A DNA stretch of 64,000 nt from an uncultured Chloroflexia bacterium. Its GTDB lineage: Bacteria > Chloroflexota > Limnocylindria > QHBO01. This document shows, piece after piece, positions 38,441-45,731 of this stretch. Below the pieces are notes generated by a model, which ran no database searches, had not been told where the DNA came from, and saw only the letters and a list, made by a program, of their open reading frames with translations. Where the stretch lies: assembly GCA_963844415.1 (NCBI GenBank), contig CAWJOA010000005.1:412876-476875 (forward strand). Direction: 5' to 3'. Position numbers and translations under genes: made by a program. Within the stretch, counting starts at the first letter, position 1. Each line of letters starts with the position of its first letter.

Positions 38441-38761
38441 TCAATCGTGTGCTATCCAGCTGACAAGCACGCTGTAGATCAGCGAATCCCCAAACGTCGT
38501 TACGCGAATATTGAACTCCTCGGCTTGCACCTCTTCGGCACTCACCGTGACGCGGAGGTTGAACTGGTGTTCTGCGTCGATTACGGCCAGCGCCACGATA
38601 ATGCGCGGCGGAAGTTCGAACGGCACCTTGAAGGGAATGTCCAGCGAGCGGGACGTTCTTGGGGCTCCTCCTTCGGAGCCCTCAGGCCCCGGGACGTTTA
38701 GGGTCCATTCCGGCGAGTCGGCTGCGCCGTCCCCGAGTTCTATGATTCCGGACTGAATCAT
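38441..38761 (-). CDS. H-type lectin domain-like protein, 106 aa
   Basis: Track ORF. The pattern IPFKVPFELPPRIIVALAVID...FNIRVTTFGDS...VLVSWIAHD resembles the H_lectin fold signature. AGGAGGA lies 9 nt upstream. Confidence 0.5.
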   Translation of the reverse strand: MIQSGIIELGDGAADSPEWTLNVPGPEGSEGGAPRTSRSLDIPFKVPFELPPRIIVALAVIDAEHQFNLRVTVSAEEVQAEEFNIRVTTFGDSLIYSVLVSWIAHD

Positions 38762-38853
38762 CGTGCGCGGTCCTCCTGCAACGCCGCGGTTCCTCCGCGG
38801 CTTAGGAGGACATTGTCCCTATGGCCTATGCGGTAACACTGCGGCGGCATAAG

Positions 38854-38920
38854 GAAGCCGCGGCTATCCCGACGCACCGATCCTCCCTGCTAGCTCAGGA
38901 GGCGGGTATGGCCGGGCTTC
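38854..38920 (+). repeat. Dispersed palindromic repeat, copy A (full length, ~67 nt)
   Basis: GAAGCCGCGGCtatcccgacgcaccgatCCTCCctgctagctcaGGAGGcgggtatgGCCGGGCTTC, with outer and inner arms complementary. Confidence 0.7.
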
Positions 38921-38990
38921 GCGGTGGCTCGAGTCGGAGGCTACTCCTGGGTCGCTTACTGGCGGCTTACTGACTCGAAGGCGTCTCGGA

Positions 38991-39236
38991 CTATGGAGCG
39001 GGGCACGCGGGAGTGTCGAAACCCCCAGCGCCGAAACTGAGTGGAGGGATCAGGCCGCTGATCACCGCCGCTGCAGGCGTGTCGTCGACCCGGTTGGCGC
39101 CATCATCCTCAACTCCGACGCAGCGGAGCGGGGTGATTCCGTGCACATGTGCTGACGCGGTTCCGATAGCTGCCACACTCAGCATTGCTGCGGTGACAAT
39201 GGCGATGCCGATTCGTCGCATGGGGACTCCAGTCAC
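38991..39236 (-). CDS. Small secreted protein (hypothetical)
   Basis: Track ORF. Signal peptide MRRIGIAIVTAAMLSVAAIGTASA. Confidence 0.4.
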   Translation of the reverse strand: MTGVPMRRIGIAIVTAAMLSVAAIGTASAHVHGITPLRCVGVEDDGANRVDDTPAAAVISGLIPPLSFGAGGFDTPACPAP

Positions 39237-39310
39237 AGAGCGAGTTCCGTCAGTGGTTGATACGCAGCAAGTTGCCCGCCGCCTCGAGGGAGCTCGCGAA
39301 ATGGGGACGC

Positions 39311-39378
39311 GCCGCTATCCCGGACGCACCGATCCTCTCTGCTAGCTCAGAAGGCGGATACTGGCCGGGCTTCGCGGC
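39311..39378 (+). repeat. Dispersed palindromic repeat, copy B (full length)
   Basis: gccgctatcccggacgcaccgatcctctctgctagctcagaaggcggatactggccgggcttcgcgg. By eye it aligns with copy A along its whole length, with scattered substitutions and two 1-nt indels. Confidence 0.7.
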
Positions 39379-39403
39379 GGCGCGACTGTCCGCGGACCTA
39401 ACG

Positions 39404-39872
39404 CTAGCGGCGAAGGAGCGTCACTAGAACACCCAGCGCCGCGCCATAGACCAGTGGGCTGCGACCATCGTCATGACGCGCGCACGCCGGTCGCTCGATG
39501 CGGGCGGCATGATGCCAAGAGCCGGGACACAGCTCTGATAGCTCACGAGCCAGATACACGTTGCGTAGATCATGCCCTTGACCGCCGCGATCGCGAGCGA
39601 GCTGTGTGCGGACCTCGGTCGCGTCGTCAGAAGGCCGAACAGGGCGCCGGCAAACGCTCCGAAGCCGAGGTGCACGACGGCGGCGATGGCATCTCGCCGT
39701 GATCATCCGGCTGTTCTGAAGAGAACGCGTCGATCGCCCTGCCGGTGATCCGCTCGGGCGGCAACTCTCCGGTGACACCCGCTCGCTTCGCCCCGAGCAT
39801 GACCGCGCTCATCGAGACTGTTGAGAGGACACCGGCCGTGGCGCCGACTAACGAGGAAACTACAGCCTTCAT
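39404..39872 (-). pseudogene. Small multi-TM membrane protein with at least two frame breaks
   Basis: MKAVVSSLVGATAGVLSTVSMSAVMLGAKRAG... (ORF 39627..39941) continues as HLGFGAFAGALFGLL...IWLVSYQ (ORF 39424..39675). A plausible C-terminus VYGAALGVLVTLLRR lies in a third frame (ORF 39404..39778). Confidence 0.45.
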
Positions 39873-39947
39873 GCTGGCCGTTGAGCAAGGGCCGTACCGG
39901 CCCCGGCGGCCGCGAGCAGACCGAATGCGCCGCCTAGTCACCGCCAG

Positions 39948-40030
39948 AGCGCTATCCCCGCACCATTCAGAAAGCCGCCGCTATCCCCTGCTCATCCACA
40001 GGCGGCAGACCTGGGTGGTTGCGGCCGGCG
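39948..40030 (+). repeat. Dispersed repeat, degenerate copies D'/D
   Basis: agcgctatccccgcaccattcag is followed by gaaagccgccgctatccc[15-nt gap relative to copy A]ctgctcatccacaggcggcagacctgggtggttgcggccggcgg. Confidence 0.5.
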
Positions 40031-40077
40031 GATAGATCCAGTCCGCCGCACCGCTGACTTGCACGTAGGATCAGTCC

Positions 40078-40964
40078 ATGCGTGGCCTACTGAGCCGAGT
40101 GTTGGTAATCGGTGCCGATCGCGCGGACGACGAGGACACGCGGCTTCGGAAACTACTGCTGCTCGTTACCGCGCTCACCATGACGCCGCTTTCCGTCCTC
40201 TGGGGACTCCTCTATTGGCTGGCAGGAAACCCTATGGCCGCACTCATCGCATGGACATACGTAGGCGTGTCGTTCATCGGTCTGAGCACGTTCGCCGCAA
40301 CGCGCCGATATCCATGGTTCGCCGCGAGCCAGTTCACGCCGTACATGATCCTTCCATTCGTCCTGATGTGGGCGTTAGGCGGGCCGATCAGCGGCAGCGC
40401 GGTCCACTATGGGCTGGACTTGGGCCGATCTATGCCCTCTTGCTCGGGCATCGACGGCTGGCGACTCTCCTCGCGGGCGCATACGCGGCGCTGGTATATG
40501 TCAGCGACCTCGCTCCAGCTCCCGTAGATGCGGATACCGCGGTCGAGTCGCGCGAACAACACTACGACTAGAACTTGGCTAGAGTGCCCTTAGAGGCGTG
40601 GCTGTTGGTGCGGGTCTTTGCCGGTGGACGCGAAGGCGCCTTGGCGACGGTCTGGACAGTCGACCGCCGCTATCTCCCCGCAGACTACGTCACGCTGCTC
40701 AGCGCCGATCCACAGCGCCGCGACCTCGGCGGTCAGGTGGCCGAGACACGCTGTAGTACGCCGATCTCGGAGACTACTCGGCCTATGCCAGGCGAGAGCA
40801 CCGAGCGAGGTGGACGCCTAGCGAACTGGTACTACGGTGCCGCGAAGCCAGCGATCAACGAGGAGGGCGGCACGCCTGTGCACCTCCCAGGCGACGCGAC
40901 TACGCTATCTACGGCGCGACGACGCTGCGAGCTGACAAGCTGCGCGAGAAAGTCGGGCGGCTAG
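40078..40964 (+). pseudogene. Decayed membrane-anchored class III adenylate cyclase (N-terminal TM region plus degenerate catalytic domain)
   Basis: DEDTRLRKLLLLVTALTMTPLSVLWGLLYWLAGNPMAALIAWTYVG is the typical cyclase membrane N-terminus. There is a frame break near 40400 and an in-frame TAG at 40569-40571. RYLPADYVTLLSADPQRRDLGG...LANWYYGAAKPAINEEGGTPVHLPGDAT aligns in spacing with RYLP...LGGE...LLNxYFxxMxxxIxxxGGTVDKFIGDA, with hydrophobic positions lost. Confidence 0.6.
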
Positions 40965-41790
40965 CGAGATCTAGGAGCGGACTGCGCAACTAGGCGAACT
41001 GCCGATCAGCGGACTGCGCTACAGCAACGGCAACAACTAAGAGAAAGAGATGGAGGGGAACAACGAGAGAGACGAAAAAAGAAACTACAAAGAGAAAGGA
41101 GACAAGACAAAAGACGATACGAGACTACAGAACGACGAGAGAGACGGGAAAAAAGAAAAAGGGATGGAGACTGCTAGGCTACTAGATGGAACGAGGGAAA
41201 TGGAGGCTCTAGGAGAGATCACGAGAAGGGACGGTCGAACACGGACGACGCTATGAGGAACGAAACACGGCGCTGAACAATGCTGGCCTGAGCTCCTCGA
41301 GACGGATCGACCGAGCACGAGCGGCGACGGCTACTCGAAGGCAATGACCGAACCAGAGACACAAGTGGATCGGAACGAGAACGAGCCGACTGACAAGTCC
41401 GCAAGTCTGCCACGAGCGCCACACCAACGGTGCCAGCGAACTCCACCTAGAGGAACAGCCCTACTGAGAGACGACCTGCACGCAGAGTCCATACAAAGCG
41501 ATTCTAGCTAGTCTGGCTCAAGATCGAACGGTGCCGGCACGAGCCGGCACGACACAGACGAGACGGTACCACTGAGCAAGACTACAGATCGCGCGAGAAC
41601 CCAAGAGCGAGAACTCGGACGGCGACACGAGAGCGAGCGCAGGGCGACGACCTGATGGCGACGGAACGGCACAGCGGAACAGACCCGAGAAGGCGAAGGG
41701 CGCACCAGTCTCGGTGACGAACGAGTCGGATGACTCGAGGTAGCAGACCGGCGCGGCGAGCACGGTAGGAGACCCCAGCTCCCTCGACTT
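40965..41790 (+). other. T-depleted, purine-rich non-coding-looking tract
   Basis: Hand count over 41041-41760: 242 A against 65 T in 720 nt. In 41041-41160 there are 66 A and 4 T in 120 nt, about 85% purine. Stop codons occur in all + frames. Confidence 0.8.
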
Positions 41791-41891
41791 GCCCGCGAAG
41801 AGGAAGGGGGCGGCGTCGTCATCCCACTGGCGCGTCTGCAGGCGGCCCTCGACGGCGCCAGCTGGCCCTTCAACAGGGCTCGCACATCTGG

Positions 41892-42344
41892 CTACGGTGT
41901 ATCGAGGTTGTACTGTCCCGGAGCCCATGGGGCTGGCTGTGCCGGTCCATCGGCAGCCGCGACCATGCCGGCGACGAGGATCAAAATCATGAGCAGCATC
42001 ATGCCTGCCAACACGATCCAACCGGTTCGACCGGATGACGGCTCATCGCTGCGCCGAGGGACTGTGGCGGCGCGTGCGCCGTGCCAGTCCGGCTGGCCGC
42101 TGGGCGGCCATTCCCAGACAGCCATCGCCAATCCGCCGCGGGCACGCCGATGCTGATCCGATAGTGTCTGCCACGCCTCGTTGATGGCTTGCATTCGCTT
42201 GCCGGATCCATCGGCTGCCAAATCGGGATGGAATTGCTTGGCGAGACGGCGTCGAGCACGCGCGATCTCGAGGAGCGACGCGCCGCGGGGAACGCCGAGC
42301 ACGACGTACGGGTCGGCGCCTTCATGAGTCACGGCAACCTCCAT
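41892..42344 (-). CDS. J-domain protein with C-terminal TM anchor
   Basis: Track ORF. DPYVVLGVPRGASLLEIARARRRLAKQFHPD, and TM segment GWIVLAGMMLLMILILVAGMVAA. Confidence 0.7.
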   Translation of the reverse strand: MEVAVTHEGADPYVVLGVPRGASLLEIARARRRLAKQFHPDLAADGSGKRMQAINEAWQTLSDQHRRARGGLAMAVWEWPPSGQPDWHGARAATVPRRSDEPSSGRTGWIVLAGMMLLMILILVAGMVAAADGPAQPAPWAPGQYNLDTP

Positions 42345-42410
42345 CCCTCACGGGTGGGGCTGCGACGAGTGGCCGGACTATTGTCGAGGCGTGGTCAACT
42401 GGCGACAGTG

Positions 42411-42453
42411 GACCGCCGACAACCCGACGCACCGATTCTCCCGGCTAGCACGG
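42411..42453 (+). repeat. Dispersed repeat, left-half copy F (diverged)
   Basis: gaccgccgacaacccgacgcaccgattctcccggctagcacgg. Confidence 0.5.
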
Positions 42454-42486
42454 TGGGGCACAAATGCCGAGCTCGCAGGTGTCCCC

Positions 42487-42585
42487 ATGCCTGATCCGTT
42501 GGTGTGGCTCACGGCCGCCCTCCTCGCGGCAATCATCGCGGTCGTAATGCGCGCCTTGAGCTGGTTCAACAGGCGGCGACGGTGA
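42487..42585 (+). CDS. Possible 32-aa single-TM peptide
   Basis: ATG 42487 follows AGGTG by 5 nt. MPDPLVWLTAALLAAIIAVVMRALSWFNRRRR, mostly GC3 codons. Below the track size cut-off. Confidence 0.25.
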   Translation: MPDPLVWLTAALLAAIIAVVMRALSWFNRRRR

Positions 42586-42591
42586 GCACTC

Positions 42592-42628
42592 GGAAGCCGC
42601 CGCTGTCCCGCGACACCAATACTCCCTG
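42592..42628 (+). repeat. Dispersed repeat, left-half copy G (diverged)
   Basis: ggaagccgccgctgtcccgcgacaccaatactccctg. Confidence 0.55.
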
Positions 42629-42654
42629 ATGCCCTAGCAGCCAGCTAGTCAGAC

Positions 42655-42691
42655 GAAGCCGCCGCTATCCCGACGCACCGATCCTCCCTGC
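42655..42691 (+). repeat. Dispersed repeat, left-half copy C
   Basis: gaagccgccgctatcccgacgcaccgatcctccctgc, 36 of 37 identical to copy A. It lies 21 nt beyond the pgsA stop. Confidence 0.7.
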
Positions 42692-42711
42692 CACAAACAG
42701 GGATGACGCCA

Positions 42712-43326
42712 CTAGCCGTCGTGCGGCGGGTCCCCGACCAGGATCGGCCAGGCGGCGGCGACGTAGGCGTAGCCCGAGATGACGCTGAGCGCCGTGGCAG
42801 CGGCGAGGACCCACAGCCCGACGACATGGATCACGACGCCGGTGCCGGTTGCGGCCAGCGGCCCGCCGCTCGCCGCATCGGCCGCGAGCAGGAGCAGGGC
42901 GATGCCGGCGTTCGTGGCGAGCGTCTTGGCCTTGCCCAATGCGCGGGCGCTGATCACAACGTCCTCGGCCGCGGCGAGCTGACGGACGGCCTGCACGACG
43001 AACTCGCGGATGAGGATCGTCGCCGCGATCCAGGTCGGGACGAGGCCGGCCTCGACCATCGCGATGAGGACGCCGGCGACGAGGACCTTGTCGGCGGCCA
43101 GGTCCATGAACACGCCGAGTGGCGTCACCTCGTGGCGAGCCCGCGCGATCCAGCCGTCGGCGACGTCGCTGAGGGCGGCGACGACGAAGAGGATGGCGGC
43201 GGCGAGATCGGTTCCCTCACCCGGCAGGAGGAGGAGCGCCATGACGACCGGCGTGGCGAGGATGCGGCCAACGCCGAGGAGGTTCGGAAGGGTGGCGATC
43301 GTGCCGGGCCGCGTTCGATCGGCCAT
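42712..43326 (-). CDS. pgsA: CDP-diacylglycerol--glycerol-3-phosphate 3-phosphatidyltransferase
   Basis: Track ORF. DVADGWIARARHEVTPLGVFMDLAADK is the CDP-alcohol phosphatidyltransferase motif. Confidence 0.85.
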   Translation of the reverse strand: MADRTRPGTIATLPNLLGVGRILATPVVMALLLLPGEGTDLAAAILFVVAALSDVADGWIARARHEVTPLGVFMDLAADKVLVAGVLIAMVEAGLVPTWIAATILIREFVVQAVRQLAAAEDVVISARALGKAKTLATNAGIALLLLAADAASGGPLAATGTGVVIHVVGLWVLAAATALSVISGYAYVAAAWPILVGDPPHDG

Positions 43327-43931
43327 CAGTGCTCGCCCAGCCTGCGCTCGGTGCCCGACAGCAGCCGACCGATGTTATCGGCGTGCGCGACGATCACGAC
43401 GACCGCGATGAGCGCGGCAGCCACGACGACCTCGAGCCCGACCCAGCCGATGGCGTAGAGGACGCCGCTCACCAGCACGACGGTGATCGAGGCGCTGATC
43501 GACGCGAGCGACACGAGCCGGGTCGCCGCGACGATCACGACGAGCTCGACCGCCGCCGCGACCGCGGCCAGCGGCGCGAGCACGAGCATCGCCCCACCGC
43601 CGGTGGCCACCCCGCGACCGCCCTTGAAGCCGATGAAGACCGACCACACGTGACCGATGACCGCCGCCACCGCGGCGAGGGCGCCAGCCCACGGCTCGGG
43701 ACCGATCGCGTTGGCCGCCAGGACCGCCACCACCCCCTTTGCGAGGTCGAGCACCGCGACGGCCGCGGCCCAGCGCCTGCCGAGGCTGCGCAGCGCGTTC
43801 GTCGTGCCGGTTCGACCCGAGCCGGAAGCCCGCGGGTCACGCCCGGCCAGGCGGCCGATGACGACGCCGGACGGAAAGGCGCCGATGAGGTAGCCGACGA
43901 TGACCGCGACGACGAGGCTGAGCGCCGGCAT
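43326..43931 (-). CDS. plsY: Glycerol-3-phosphate acyltransferase PlsY
   Basis: Track ORF. Motifs GSGRTGTTNALR and FKGGRGVATGGG. The stop overlaps the pgsA start. Confidence 0.9.
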   Translation of the reverse strand: MPALSLVVAVIVGYLIGAFPSGVVIGRLAGRDPRASGSGRTGTTNALRSLGRRWAAAVAVLDLAKGVVAVLAANAIGPEPWAGALAAVAAVIGHVWSVFIGFKGGRGVATGGGAMLVLAPLAAVAAAVELVVIVAATRLVSLASISASITVVLVSGVLYAIGWVGLEVVVAAALIAVVVIVAHADNIGRLLSGTERRLGEH

Positions 43932-43940
43932 CGGCCCGCC

Positions 43941-44273
43941 TCAGGGAGCGCGCGAGACGCGCGCCATGAGGAAGCGGAGGGCGAAGATCGTCACGAGGGC
44001 TACGGCCCCGGCCGCGAGGCCGATATACGCCGCGCGCGGCATGCCCTCGCTCCATTGGACGCTGAACGCCAGGAAGCCGACGGCGACGGCGACGAGCACG
44101 GTGCGGACGACGAAGCGGCGAGAGAACGGGCGCGACGGCTCCGTGGTGGTGCGACGAGCCTCGCGCTTCGCCGCGGTGCGCTCGGCGCGGGCCCTGGCGG
44201 CCGGCGGCAGCGCCGGAGTCTTCTCGTAGGCCTTCATCTGGCGCTGGTAGGCGCGCCGCTCTTCTCGTGACAT
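43941..44273 (-). CDS. Hypothetical membrane protein, 110 aa
   Basis: Track ORF. Basic N-terminus followed by two TM segments. Confidence 0.5.
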   Translation of the reverse strand: MSREERRAYQRQMKAYEKTPALPPAARARAERTAAKREARRTTTEPSRPFSRRFVVRTVLVAVAVGFLAFSVQWSEGMPRAAYIGLAAGAVALVTIFALRFLMARVSRAP

Positions 44274-44295
44274 CGGTTCGCAAGTCTAGCGACGC

Positions 44296-45673
44296 TCAGC
44301 CACGCGGGTCGAACGAGCGTGGCCGAGGACGGCGCGTGCCCGACGGTCCCATCCCGCCGCGTTCACCGGGGTAGTCGACCTTCAGCTGCACCGGATCGGA
44401 GCCGAAGATGGCGTGGACGAGCCAGTCCATCCCCACGCGCGCCTTGCCGCCGATCCCCGGCACCCGGGTCCAGTAGTAGCCGCGCCACATGAACCACGCG
44501 ATCCAGCCACGGACCTTGATCCCGAACACGACCCCGACGCCGGTGCGGTGGCCGATGCTGGCCAGCGTCCCGATCACCTCGTAGCGGAACGGCCGGATCT
44601 CCTGCGTGCGCCCGTCGATCGCCGCCATCACGTTGCGGGCCAGCTGCTTCGCCTCACGCACCGCGTTCTGGGCCGTCGGAGCGTGGAACGCGCCGTCAGT
44701 GTCGGCATCGGGGATGCGCGCGCAGTCGCCGATGGCCCACACCCCGGGCCGGCTCGTCTCCATCGTCGGCTGCACGACCGCTCGGCCGGCGCGGTCGACC
44801 TCGATCCCCGACTCGCCGACCATCGGCGACGGCTGGACGCCGCCGGTCCAGATCACCGTCCGCGCAGGGATGTACTCACCGTCGCCGATGACGACGCCGC
44901 CCTCGCGGACCTCGCGGATCGGCGTTTCGAGGTGGATCTGATAGCCGCGCTCGCGGAGCTTGCGGGCGGCGTACTCCCCCATCTCTGCGGGCATCTCGGG
45001 CAGAACGCGGTCCTTCAGCTCGACGAGGTGGACCCGGATCTCATCGGCGCCGGATCTTCGGGTAGAACCGCCGCCGCACGCGGCGGATGAAGTCCTCGAT
45101 CTCGCCCGCCGTCTCGACCCCGCTGAACCCGGCGCCGCCGACGACGAACGTCAGCTCCGCGGCGCGCTCGTCGGGCTGATCCTCGAGGTCGGCGCGCTCG
45201 AGCATCTCGATGATCCGGTTGCGGAGGGCGAACGCATCGGCCAGCGTCTTCATGCCGACCGCGAACTCGTCGATGCCCGCGATCCCGAACGTGGCCGTCT
45301 CGCCGCCGAGGGCGATCACCAGGCTGTCGTAGTTGAGCCGATGCAGGTCGCCGTCGCCGCCGAGCACCGTGACCTGCGTCGCGTCGAGGTCGATGCCCTC
45401 CACCTCGGCCGTCACCGCCCAGCTCGACGGGCGGCGCATCTGGGCGCGGAGGGCGGTCACGCAGTGGCGCGCCTCGATGTGGCCGGAGCAGACCTCCGGC
45501 AGCAGCGGCGTGAACAGCGAGAAGTTCTCGCGGCTGACGAGCCAGATCTCGACGTCGTCCCGTCGCCGCGTGAGCCGCTCGAGGTGCTTCGCCGTCTCGA
45601 CCCCGGCGAAGCCGCCGCCGAGGATGAGGACGCGATGCGGCCAGGGCGGCTCGGATCGATAGATCGTGCGCAT
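44296..45673 (-). CDS. ndh: Type II NADH dehydrogenase, frame broken once
   Basis: The N-terminal half is track ORF 45041..45673 (RVLILGGGFAGVE, VVGGAGFSGVE). The C-terminal half is ORF 44296..44994 (VWAIGDCA). The junction FYPKIR/DEIRVHLVELKDRVLPEM needs a 1-nt correction near 45040-45050. Confidence 0.8.
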
Positions 45674-45731
45674 CGCTGCCGATCATGCCACTCGCCACCG
45701 ATCGGGATCGGTCTGTACCATAGCCATCGAG

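Larger units (their letters stand above)
36923..42711. other. Lower-GC accessory segment with orphan genes, pseudogenes and repeats; no mobility genes seen
   Basis: Hand-counted 60-nt samples give 42-68% GC, lower than the flanks as judged by eye (flanks not counted). It lies between the ABC-2 operon stop (36922) and the pgsA stop (42712). Confidence 0.6.

Noticed and set aside
41050-41256. The 68-aa K/E/D/R-rich ORF as a real protein gene
   Set aside because: Its composition simply mirrors the polypurine tract. Its codons (AAA, AGA, GAA) are atypical for the host, there is no convincing ribosome-binding site, and the neighbouring frames are full of stops. It stays open as a minor alternative in the finding.
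41897-41907. A fourth GTGTATCGAGG motif as part of the 33.4-kb palindrome family
   Set aside because: It lies inside the C-terminal codons (QYNLDTP*) of the J-domain gene. By my rough estimate a single extra 9-mer match is plausible by chance in a window this size.
42411-42700. The dispersed repeat as a conserved coding motif (RCVGIAA in minus-strand ORFs 42378..42569, 42645..42827, 60538..61443)
   Set aside because: Differences between copies are not biased toward synonymous positions. The frames terminate within a few codons in several copies, and the host ORFs are otherwise shadow or frameshifted sequence.
36923-42711. The accessory segment as a prophage or integrative conjugative element
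   Set aside because: By motif inspection there are no integrase, transposase, capsid, terminase, relaxase or T4SS-like genes. No tRNA or direct repeats are seen at its borders.
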